Of a stretch of DNA of 64,000 bases, positions 53,059 to 64,000 are shown one piece after another; position 1 is the first letter of the stretch; each line of letters begins with the position of its first letter. Source of the stretch: Phoronis australis (lineage: Eukaryota > Animalia > Phoronida); contig NMRA01000637.1 of the NCBI GenBank assembly GCA_002633005.1, forward strand, positions 29,330 through 93,329, read 5' to 3'. Under the pieces are notes generated by a model that saw nothing but the letters and a program-made list of their open reading frames with translations, had not been told where the DNA came from and made no database searches. The position numbers and the translations under genes were made by a program.

Positions 53059-55475
53059 GGTCGGGAACTATAGATAGCTATGTGTAAAAATAAACGACAG
53101 TCATTCTTATATGTCTTTGGCCTTATCTAACCGAGACCTTCATGTTTGTAGGACGTGTAACAAGCGGAAATAACGTATCTGGAGTGAGCGGTTGGGTTTT
53201 GGAATAGCCAGCATTGTGAGCTAAGAAATAGTTGATTTCTAAATGCAGGAGTCAAGGCATGATTCAGAGTAGCCCAAATTACAGAATCTCTCAAATGGTT
53301 CCGATCCAATAACAGTTATATATGACGTGCTGTTAAAATGTGTGCTTTCTCCAAGGAAAGAGGCATTTGTCTTGAAAACCAACGTAATCGCGTTATTATC
53401 CTTTGTTAAAATTGAAATTGTTCACGATAAATAGCCTGGCATATCCTTGACCGTAATAACGCCTTGGCGACTGAAACCAATCGGCCGCTACACTATAGCA
53501 ACTTAATGGGCGTGGTCTGAAGTAACAACGACCAGTCAGTTATTTTCAAGCCCACGAACCATAATCTCAATAAGCAACAATATGAAGCCGATTTTATAAC
53601 AGCGACTGGAATAAATCAAAAGTTAGCTATTATGAAAACGAGTGCATTGTCCCTTTGATTACGACGAATCGCGTCAAAATCGTTACTTCCATCGTCCAGG
53701 CTACTTCGAGTAGCGGGGACGTGGGTTCACGGTACTCCGGCTAGCTGGACAATCTATCGGAAACCCCGTTGGAGCCACCTATGTTTCGACTTGTGTAAGG
53801 TCCGCTCTAGAAGCGATTTCAATCGTGGCTTTTAATTATAAAAATGATGTTTGCATGGGAAACGCTGTGTCAAACCTTGATTTAATTCCATGCTATGCCA
53901 CAGGCGGATATAATTCTTAACAGTGTAAAAAACCTTAGACGGTGCTCTAAATGACGGACGTTTTGAGACAAACTTTGCGCGGTAGGGTAACCTGTAAAAC
54001 TGTGATTTTAGGGTATCACTAATGGTGGACAACGTAACCATGGTCACAAGCTATCTTCCATAGAACTTCGTAAACGTTTGAAGAAGCTGGCCATAAACAA
54101 GCTATAAAAGTCTAATTACTCATCAAAGCGAAGGTTCACCGGTTTCTTGTCGCTCTCAGGTTACAAATATCGCTTCGACCTGATTTGAATAGGGTCGGTA
54201 GATAAATCACCTTAACGATGCGATTGCCCCATCACCGAACACTAAGTCAGGACATCGCAACGCCAGCAATACATCCTATGTGAGCCGGTTAAACCTTCCG
54301 TGCGCGAACGTTCGTGGGGCTCACGATTACAGAGTGCATAGAAAAATGTGCCACTCAAACTGAAGTGTATAAATATGCCCTTTGGTGTAATTGATGTAAG
54401 ACTGGCACGACTTACTTACGTCCACTGACGGTTATAAGTTCAACGTGCTAACGAACACATTTTGAGAGAGAAAAAAACAAAAACTAGGGTTGTTTTGCCG
54501 CCATAGTATGTCAGTACCATGTTCCCAAAATAGAACGCTTGACCTTTCCATACACCTAACTAAATATTTTCCTATCACTCAATTTTTACACTCAGCTGTA
54601 TGATTACGTCCATTCGGTGAGCAACAAGTTTTGAGAGATCTTTCACCAAGCTATGTTGATAATAATTAAAGTAGTGTGTGAAACTGTACTGTACGGTTAA
54701 ACCCTAGACACATCATTCCATGGATAAACAAAGAACAATAACAAACCGCTATATGAACACGAATACAAATTTATAAATGGTCATCAATTCGCCGTTTAGA
54801 AAGATTTTCACTTACTTTTCCATAAACGTCCCGCTCTGTAGATCAGCAACAGTTGCAGCCTATCTGACGTGTGCTGTAGACCAGGACTGCTGGCAATCCT
54901 GGAGAGTTTGACCTTTCGACGGAGTACACAGTGACACCTACCGAGGCCTCAACGAACTTGTCTCAGTCCAATGTTCTCGTTCACACTCTGAACATATTTC
55001 TCACCACAAAAGTTTTTTACCAGTCTGCGATCGCCAAGATTCATTAAGTTAAGAACTTTTACATGTAGGGTTATTTTTCATGAGGGTGTTTACTGACAAA
55101 GATGTATCGTTTTTGTTAGTTTCCCATCAGACAGTTCTCGAGGATCATGGAAGGATTTTTTTCAAAGGGTTGAAAACTTAAGTGCAATTGAATTGAAAAC
55201 GGGAAAATTACATCCACCAGCAGCAGTGGTAGCGGTGGCGGTAGCGGCGGCGGCAGCGGCAAGATCAGAATCAGTCGTCTGCTATATCATTTCTAGATCA
55301 CTGGCACAAAAACGTCCCTAAACCATCGTCATTTGACCGAGAACATGTTTTGGAATTCAGCATAGAAATTTGTTTGTCCTGCACAGACCTAATTATGCGG
55401 CTTTCCTATGAATCGTCCATGTGGATTACGTTTGAGAGATTCATCTTAGATAACGCCCACATGCGTGTCATTTTA

Positions 55476-55631
55476 CATGGGCGGCGCACCCGGCCATAGC
55501 TGGGTGCTGGGGGCTATAGCGGCCCCACTCTTTTCAGTGCTGCGCCGCCCATGGTCTATGGGCGTGCACCACAGGGGGACTGGGGGAGGGGGGCTATAGC
55601 CCCCTATTTTTTCAGTGCTGCGCCGCCCATG
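55476..55631. mobile_element. Dimeric GC-rich MITE with 5-bp TSD TTTTA
   Basis: TTTTA-CATGGGCGGCGCA...TGCGCCGCCCATG-TTTTA, made of two tandem units that each end ttttcagtgctgcgccgcccatg. Confidence 0.75.
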
Positions 55632-58600
55632 TTTTAACAATGGTTACGTAACCCAATTGTGGTCAACTTCCAGGGCAAATTGCCACGAAACTGCCACGAT
55701 CACTGAGGTCACAGCACGTGAATTGGTCCCGTCAAGGCAAATGCCGGAAACGCCATTACGTGTTCAGATTAGAATAGGTAAAGAAAGATGTCGCCATTTC
55801 TTGAAACTATAAAAGCAAATAAAACGGCTGACTGCCTATCGCCCTGTTTTTAACTGAGTTAAAACTAGTGGTGTAGAGGCGTAATCACACGTAAACACAG
55901 TTCATCATCTTTTCTTTTTCAAAATAGCGTCCATATACCAATTTAGATGTCATGGCGCGTAGACCCACAAAATGATCCGCTGGGCTTCGGGCTTATACAT
56001 ACCTCTAAATTTACCACTGCAACACTGGTTAAAACTAGCCAGCAAAATGGAAATGCCTGCTTCAGACGACCACTGGCAAACCAGCCACTGTTTGAACTGT
56101 TGTCTATTGCGTAGGTTCTAATTTTTTATGCTATTTCCAATCACAGAGAACACAATCGTAGATTTGCTACAATTTATAGTAATCTAAAATCTGGTAGCAT
56201 GGACAGCATTGGTAGTTGCCGCGACCCTAACGGCATGGTTGCTGATGAAAAATCCTAACAACAAATTCAGCGGCATGGTTAGGCCCACTTATAGATTTAA
56301 TTTCAAGTTGCTAAAAATTGAATGAAATATTGACCACCATAACACAAAAGGTCGTTTTCACCGAGAAGCGAATGTTGCTGACTAAATAAATTGGACAGGG
56401 TTTCTCAGTACTCTGTTAACTGACAATGTGTCAAGGGCATTGTTAAGACTTTCTCTGAGAAAATTTCATGATAGTCCCGTCTTATGAAAACCTCGACCGG
56501 AAATGTTCACATCTCCGAGAAAGCACTATGTACATTCCGATCTTCAGTTAGATAACACACGGCAATTACTTAGATTTAAGTTTCAACATACTTGCAACGG
56601 CTCTGAAAACATTACCAGGCATAACTTAATCCATCAGATTCAAAGACATCTGGGAAAGACGATTTATAAACAGCGATGTATGCGCTTTACTTCTGGTTCG
56701 TCTTCAAGCAGACTAAATTCCGACTTAGTATCACAAACTCAAACTTAAGATCCCCACAAAATCTAAAACCTTTGAACCAGTTTAACAGTGCTGCCAACTC
56801 GCTGGTAAAAACTCCTCTCGAGGCGATATACGTTGGGTTGTCAGCGGTGTTGACTGACTCAGTACCGCTCATCTGCATTTACGTAATATTATAATTCTTT
56901 AAAGCGTTCGTTGTAACCAAAAGCTATTTGACTGCCAGTAAAAAGAAGTCTGTAATATTTGCGTATACTTTCTCGAACAAGCATTGAACAGCTACAGCGA
57001 ACATTAGGAGTGATGGTGGGATATTTTGGCGTTGAAATATTAACCAAAGTTATTTTTTTGTTTTAAACCATTACCATGCTCACCCGATCTTGATTTTTTT
57101 CAAATAACAGTGCAATTCAAGTAACGGGCAATGTGTAAGTACCCATTTTTCGAATGCAAGGCAATTTTAGACTTGGCCTGGCAACCTGAATAAGTTTTGA
57201 TGCGTTTTCTTGAGTCGCGGACGGGTCCGTTAAGGAATGTTATGAAACCGATTTTATGAGTTTTTAAAAGTTTCTTGTTTCATTATGTGTTTCTGGAGAT
57301 AAAGCTACGTCAGTTTTGCCTTGTTTTGCTGACTGAAAAAAGATAACTGGAATTACGTCTTTTACCCTCACACAAACAGTCCACAACATTCTTTTCCGTT
57401 AGAGAATTCCATTTTCCTTACCACCACAAGTCACCGGCAATACAGCATTTCCGAATGTGCAAGTTTTCGATTGGTCATTTCCTACAAACTCTAAAACCTT
57501 CTTTATCACGGTACGGAATATTATAAGACTGGTTTTATGAGAGTAAATTCCAGAGTCGATTTTCCTTTTTTGACCAATTAAATATTGTGCAATGCAGATT
57601 GTAGTACTGTCAAACTACACGTTTAGCTGAGTAATGGTGACTGGTGACACAATTCGGTTTTTAGGCAACAAAAATGGTGCAATGCACATCTATAAGACGC
57701 AAATAACTATCCTCGCCATTTCCACACATCAGCTCCACTGAAACCACTTCGCCCAAATCCTTTTTTCTTGTAACAGCTTAGAGCGGCCAATACAATAAAA
57801 CTAGGCCCACGTATTGCAACAGTAGCTAGCTACCGATACTGTAGGCGTGTACTTTCTTATTTAGTTCCGGTCAGATTATCTCCACATGCGGTATTTTCAT
57901 ACAAAAACTCATGGCATCATCCTGTAATATCTGGCATCAAATGCACTGCCAAGCAACTGTTTCTCCTTTTGATAACGGCTTAATTTCCTTGCTTCCCTGT
58001 CCCATACGTCTCTTTGCTAAACTATTCACGAAATGTCGATTTCTACGTCGGACATGTCGTTTGGTAATTCTAAGGCGCGCCGACTCGTGGTCGAGACGGT
58101 CTCGCCACCTGGTGACTTTCCATGTCGAATTAAGCTGATGACTGTCCAAATCAATTTTCTCGCACCACATTAGCTGTAAGATGGTTTTTCCCTACAAGGA
58201 CGAGAATAAAACATCCTGACGGATGATAAATTGGACTGACAGTCTAAAGTTTTCCGGTCTGTATGTAATATGTCATTTTGAAATTGTATCTCAAACTAAA
58301 GAACACGTATTCTACACACCGCTTCACTCCCAAGGTACGTTCTAGAGGTAGATAATCATTTTATAAATCTAAATCTTAAACTCTGAAAGGGCGACCATGG
58401 CTTTCAAGAGAGCTCAGTACATCTCTCGAATTTGGAATCGATTTGTGAAATCTCGTTATGCCTCTTTCGTGTACGAATTCGGCAGACTTCAGACCGACAT
58501 CAACAAAAAGTTTTGCTCAAAGGTCTATGCTAAGACATTGCAAAAAATTAACGCATCCTGCCCCCTGGTGACGAATTAATACCGACTATGTGAAAGATCA

Positions 58601-61600
58601 CAAGAACCACATATCACTCCGCAGAAAATTCAAGGTGAATTCTGTGATCTATATTTACATTGACGTGATGCCTGGACCACACTTACACATTTAATGTCCA
58701 ATATATTTTACACAGTATGATGTCTTGAATAGATGTAGCACACTTGTGGTCACTAGGTAAATTTCTATTATAATTCTCCATTATGGTTACGTAGAGCCCT
58801 ATGAAAATGTTTAATTTTAGTCAACTTCGGAAAATCATATGTCAGAAATGGCTGAAGCGATTCACATTAAACTTTCGAATATTTTGCAATATATAGCAAT
58901 GTATAACACTGGCAGGATTTGTTGTTAGAATGTTCTATTTTTTAATGAGGACTATCAAAAATGAGGGGTTATTGCTATTGTTGTTGTGAAAAAAACTTAA
59001 AAGTTGCATGGAACGAAAGCGAAAGGATAATTTAGAAAAATGTAACAGCATTTTTGAGATCTTATCTTAAACATTCATGTATGACAGCGATCATGTTGTT
59101 TTGTTTTGTTGTGAATGTACCTTTCTTTTTTGCTAAATTTCATTGAAAAACATGGTCACATGAGCTTATTAATATCACATTAGTATCTAGACAATAATCA
59201 AATTTTACCGGATTTCTGCTCTCAGAAAATATGCACTTTTGCTGAGTCACATTCTACAGTTTTGTAGATATTTCTCAAACTGTATATATTTATGATAAGG
59301 TCGTACATAACCTTAAATGTATTGTTAACCTTGTAGCTCAAAATTTTTGAAGTAAACTTCTAGAAACTATAGTCCGAAAACAGGCGTGGAGGCGTCTGAG
59401 GCTCATCTCAGTAGATCGTAAATCGAAATAGCCAACCAAAGTTTTGTAAGAAATGTTCGCCACAGTCTAAAATTATACTCTGCCTAATGTTGAGATCCGG
59501 TGTGATTTTATAATAAAATTTTCTTCTCTCTAAATTGTCTACTAAGGTAAACTTCTTTACCCACAAAGACATTAGAAGATTTATAAAAAAATATTAAGAG
59601 TTAATAAATTTCCCCAAAGTTTTAGATACGACAAGTCTTCAAGATAGAGAATGAATTCCATGAATTCAAAGTTACGCTATGCGAGAACAGGAAGGAATAG
59701 AATTGCGGCATACAGTTAATGAGACTAGGTCACCTGCCTCTCGAGTGAAGAGATCAGTTCATTTATAGTAGGACAATTGCGTTCCGTAGACGAAAGAAAC
59801 TAGAGAAAACGCAAGATCACACAGGTCTTCACAAGATATCGAAATGCATTACACGCGACCACACTAGTCACTAGCTTAGAGCCAAAGTATAGCGGCTGTT
59901 TCTTAGTGATTATGCGGTGGTCTGGAACCAGGGATATTTTTTGTGAAAGCGTATGCACAGTGGAAATTTTCACTTTTCTTAACTGCAGTGCATTTTTCGA
60001 GTCACTCTTGATATGTTTTCTCCTGTTCGCGTAAAAAGAAAGAGTGCGTAAAAGTATCGCAACTCTTGGAAATTAACTGGGTTCATGAAAAAAGAACGCT
60101 GATACAGAAGCGGGAGATTAGCTAGCTTAAAACAGTGCACTGACAGGCAGTAACACTTTAGTTGCGCTTGTTCTGTTGTGCTTTGGATCCGATAAGTAAT
60201 ATTTTATGTTATAAAAGTTTGGCGACGTTGACAGGAATTAACATCGTTCACTTTTTAATACTAGGAGTATTAACATACTCTTACACTGTTGCTTAAGTCT
60301 ACAGAACTTCGTAAAATTATCACTATTCAAACTGCTACTGGCAAAAATATAGTGACCCCATTTCCATTTTTATAAAATATAAAACACGGCAAAATATTCC
60401 TGTTCTTCTCAAATAATTAGGTTGACAGATAGACCTAATTCTGCGTGACAAACTTATTAGTATATAATGATTCCATGTAAAAGTATGTTCCGGTTCCACG
60501 CTACTGTGAAGTTTCAAATCTCAACCCGATATTTTCAATATGATGCTTCGCTGCCATTGGAATTGCGCCACTTTTCAGAGTGGGGACAAAGTGCAGCAAG
60601 ACAGCTGCATATTCAGGACCGAATTAAGGTCTCGCGGGCCTCTTTGTTACGAGAGGCTTGAAGGCTTGGTAATTCGTTACAATACTCCTTTTTGGAAATG
60701 TACTTTTTGTCAACTGCATTTTGGGAAAGGAAGCTCACACAAAATGAACTTGGAAACCTACACAACAGTGAAATTGAAACAGGACTTCGTGTCTTCACTA
60801 GCAAATTAAATTGGAAAATATATCACAACAACAGACTTGTGCAACTGTGTACTGATATGAACAGATTCCATTTCTTGGTTCTATACGCAGCAAGCCTGCT
60901 CTTTAGACTTCACTTTTTGTGACGTCGCATAGCAAATTCGTTCATTACTCCACCTATTGGGCTCATCAAAAATGAAATTCACGCAATGAATCTTTTGAGA
61001 ATAAAATGAAACTAGACTGACTTGCACCAAAATCGCTACATGAAGAAGTTTGACTATTATTAAAAAAAAAACAACATTTACATATATTTAATATGAGAGC
61101 ACTTTTAAAGCCGCTATGAACGGTGCTGTGGTATAAAAGCAATTTAGGCTCATTGAAGGCAACACGACCACTGTTTTCCTATCCGTTAATTAAACCGAAA
61201 TAGGTTACGATAACAGGTTTAGAAAACACGTCACGGCCATAATACTTTGGCCTTAAAACTCTAGACAAGTCTACAGTTCTATACTTTGGCGAATGAAAAT
61301 AACCCGGCGAGCAAACTCCTTGAGTCTGCGATGACGCAATAACAATTGGTTCTCCTCATGCTTGGAAATTAGTTTTAATCTGAGAAAGGAACATACCGAG
61401 ACAATTTTTATAACGGAAAGTGGTCTAGAGCAAAGGTTGTTTTTTGACAGAAAGCGAGGTTTGATTGTCCTTTAATGAATATAAATGCGTGCATGAATTC
61501 GGACAACACTTTTAAATGTTACAGTGTTTAAAAACACTGTAACATTTCCAGTCAGTTGTACGATGACACTTGGCTTACCTAAAATCCAACTGCTCCCTGC

Positions 61601-62088
61601 TGGTTTGGTAATTGACCCAATTTTTGTTTATTGCTATACCTCCTCAAGGAGAATGAAATAAAACAATAAATAACAGACAATACACAAATTAACATTAATT
61701 TAAAATGCCCTGGTCAGGAGTCTCAAAAGACAAAACTCAGCCGACACCGGATTACAGACATTATTCGAAAGAAAGAGGAGTCTGAGAGAGTCCAAAACAC
61801 CAAAATTAAACTAAAATGACCGAGGCTGCGTCGGGCAGACAACAGTGATGGGGAGATTTTCGTTACCGATGCCGGATAACCGTCTCAATTATGTTGCACA
61901 CCTAGCAGACTAATAAGGAACATATCATCGCAACATTAAATAAACGTAAATACAGTACACGAAAGTGGACGTTTGCACGATATTGAAAATAAACCAGGAA
62001 TCAACACAGCTATTGTTATGACATGTAATTATATTACATATGTGTGCGCACATCATGTAATTACGCGCTGTTCTATGAGCTTACGACG

Positions 62089-63399
62089 TCATTGCTCCAA
62101 GTACTGAAATGTCTTCACCACGCCTGTATCACACTCCATTACACACACCTGACCCGGGGCCGGGAGACACAAACCAGTTGGCCAGAGAACACCACCAGGG
62201 GGAACGATCACGCGCGCACGTGCGTTGTCATATAAAATCACCTGATTCTTGAAGTGGTCTGCCACGAGAATGTGACCGTGTGGGTCCACGCACACACCGC
62301 GCGGCTCGTTGCTCAGTTCATGGGATAGTGTGGATACAACGGCCGGCCGTGTGTGGTCAATCACATGCACGCGAACAGGCCACCCCTCACTGACCACCAA
62401 CTGACCACAGTTGTCCATGCACACATAGCGCGGTCTAAACTCATCCAACCCCAGGGAATGGGCGTCAAATTGGCGGACGACATTGCAGTCAAAGTCTGTT
62501 ATGAGCACACGTCCACCGTGGGTATCCGACACAACAAGCTGGTCGTGGTGACATGTAACATATCCCCTGTCTTTATACACACCCGGATAGACTTTCAGAA
62601 GCCGACCGTGTGCATCATACCTAACAACACCCTGAATGCCGTCATCGGTGATGAAAATCTCTCCATCACTGTTGCATGCCACATCAACCGGGGCCTGCAG
62701 TTTATGACGATCTTGTAACTTAAACTTTAGTTTAAAATCTTGTTTACTAAATACATTCACGCTCTTGTTCAGCCAGTCGGTTACAACAAACCCACCATCA
62801 CAAATTGAAAGCCCCAAACACCGGAACCCTTCCACCCCCTCCCCTTCACCCAGGTTGTTAGGGCTACATGCGCGAACACTATCTGCAGGCTCTTTAACAA
62901 CTGGTTGTGTGGTGACACGGTGAGCCGATGAAAGTTGAAGTTGTGAGAACTTTGTAGTGAGTTCTAGTGATTCTGCAGTAAAACCTGTGTCAATCGAGTC
63001 AGCTGCTAACATGTCTGACGGCGTAAAACCGAACACTGGCCTTTCAACGCCTTGTTGCAACTGACTCACGTCCAACGATGCAAGGATGTTCGCCACAGTC
63101 GAGAACTGTTGAGTTGATTCTGAAGGATTTGAACTTTCAATGAGTTGCTTGGCGTATCTCAATGTACTCATCAGCGACTGTCGACTTTGCACAGCCGCCT
63201 CGCAAGCGGCTTGAGTTTGTTTTTGGGCCCAGTGGAAATGTTCGTTAAGTTTAGTGATCGCTTCACCTTTCTTTATTTCAACCCTGTCCTTGAAGTCATC
63301 ATGAATCTTGCAGAGTTCGTCAATCTTTTGAGCTAACATTTCTTGAGTTAGCTCTTCACGAACATTTCTGCGAGCGTCTGCCACAATCTGCAGGTGCAT
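62089..63399 (-). CDS. Residual 436-aa ORF of the TRIM-NHL gene (coiled coil plus NHL beta-propeller)
   Basis: Longest ORF in the window, with about six NHL-type repeats. Its Met is probably not the original start, because it lies at the frameshift. Confidence 0.7.
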   Translation of the reverse strand: MHLQIVADARRNVREELTQEMLAQKIDELCKIHDDFKDRVEIKKGEAITKLNEHFHWAQKQTQAACEAAVQSRQSLMSTLRYAKQLIESSNPSESTQQFSTVANILASLDVSQLQQGVERPVFGFTPSDMLAADSIDTGFTAESLELTTKFSQLQLSSAHRVTTQPVVKEPADSVRACSPNNLGEGEGVEGFRCLGLSICDGGFVVTDWLNKSVNVFSKQDFKLKFKLQDRHKLQAPVDVACNSDGEIFITDDGIQGVVRYDAHGRLLKVYPGVYKDRGYVTCHHDQLVVSDTHGGRVLITDFDCNVVRQFDAHSLGLDEFRPRYVCMDNCGQLVVSEGWPVRVHVIDHTRPAVVSTLSHELSNEPRGVCVDPHGHILVADHFKNQVILYDNARARVIVPPGGVLWPTGLCLPAPGQVCVMECDTGVVKTFQYLEQ

Positions 63400-63664
63400 G
63401 ATCGACTGCGTCTACCCAGGGCTCAATCAATCCTTGGAGCACCTCGACTGCTTCCTTTGCCGCCTCGTCAAGGTTTTTCATTTTGTGTTGATCGTGGTCT
63501 AGCTTTGTACATAACATACATACGGGTATTTTGCAGTTTTCACAATAAATTTCCAGCAACTTGTCCGTGTGTTTTGAACAATACGTCTTCTGACATCAAC
63601 GCATTGTTTCAAAATGCACGCCAGCAGCGACTTCATCCAAACTGACCACTTTGTGGGTTAAAGT
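62089..63664 (-). pseudogene. Intronless TRIM-NHL (B-box, coiled coil, NHL repeats; TRIM2/3/71-like) gene, disabled
   Basis: In order: end of B-box1 (TLTHKVVSLDEV), TGA at 63596-63598, B-box2 (CSKHTDKLLEIYCENCKIPVCMLCTKLDHDQH), a +1 frameshift near 63394, coiled coil, then NHL repeats (PVDVACNSDGEIFITD, PRYVCMDNCGQLVVSE, PRGVCVDPHGHILVADH). The terminal stop is at 62089-62091. Confidence 0.8.
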
Positions 63665-64000
63665 TATAGACCGGGATCCCAGAGCTTTTTTGGGCATGAA
63701 AAGGTAACCAATTTTCTTTGGTGCCACAGTGCTCTGTGGGTATCCTGATGCTTGGAAATGACCGTCTGGCAGGTTCGCTCTGGTGGGTGTGGTCAGGGGA
63801 GCCAAGAGAATAACACTCGAAAATTGAGCTAGATCAACTTTTCTGGTAACCACTTCAAACTGCCTTCGATACCTGCTACGTCATCCATTGTATCAAAATT
63901 GGTCACTGCCAGACAATTTCAGTGGTNCTAGATCAACCCATCAGGTAACCGTTTGAAACCAATTGCACGATGTTCAGCATCACTGAACATGGCACAACAG
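63665..64000. mobile_element. Probable insertion interrupting B-box1 of the TRIM gene
   Basis: B-box Cys/His homology stops abruptly at TATAGACCGGGATCCCAG. The segment has an internal diverged direct repeat (tagatcaac...ggtaacc...aaac at about 63830 and 63929), and no clear splice acceptor lies at the junction. Confidence 0.4.

Noticed and set aside
57700-58200. Protein-like minus-strand text resembling a Gypsy integrase tail (RRNRHF, IKPLSKGETV)
   Set aside because: The motifs are in the wrong order and all frames contain several stops. It cannot be assigned without a TBLASTX search.
62353-62718. 121-aa plus-strand ORF
   Set aside because: It is an antisense shadow of the TRIM-NHL coding sequence.
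63596-63598. In-frame TGA next to a Cys as selenocysteine or programmed readthrough
   Set aside because: It sits in the linker between B-boxes, is simply explained by a point mutation (for example CGA to TGA), and the gene also has a frameshift and an insertion. I recognised no SECIS element.

Overview
AT-rich, intron- and repeat-rich eukaryotic DNA from a draft assembly with N gaps. It is most consistent with a marine invertebrate; the species cannot be determined from the sequence alone. The left half holds the 5' part of a cAMP-dependent protein kinase catalytic subunit (PKA-C, PRKACA/B-type) gene on the minus strand: exon 1 at 15314-15359 (MGNTPASKKGDPAEN), exon 2 at 3988-4049 and exon 3 at 1919-2047. 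Their 46/62/129-nt sizes match vertebrate PRKACA, and the gene continues off the left edge. Between 5.3 and 35.4 kb sits a series of extra phase-1 exon candidates ending in T|GTAAGT that would splice in frame to exon 2: probable alternative N-termini plus two frame-preserving cassettes. This is the most interesting signal here, although alternative PKA-C N-termini are known in other animals. The right end carries an intronless B-box/coiled-coil/NHL (TRIM-NHL) gene on the minus strand, disabled by an in-frame TGA, a +1 frameshift and an apparent insertion. The rest is non-coding: MITE-like DNA transposons (several with clean 5-bp target-site duplications, TSDs), tRNA-derived SINE heads, minisatellites and a 634-bp duplication that is probably an assembly artefact. 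I see no evidence of a wholly new biological system.
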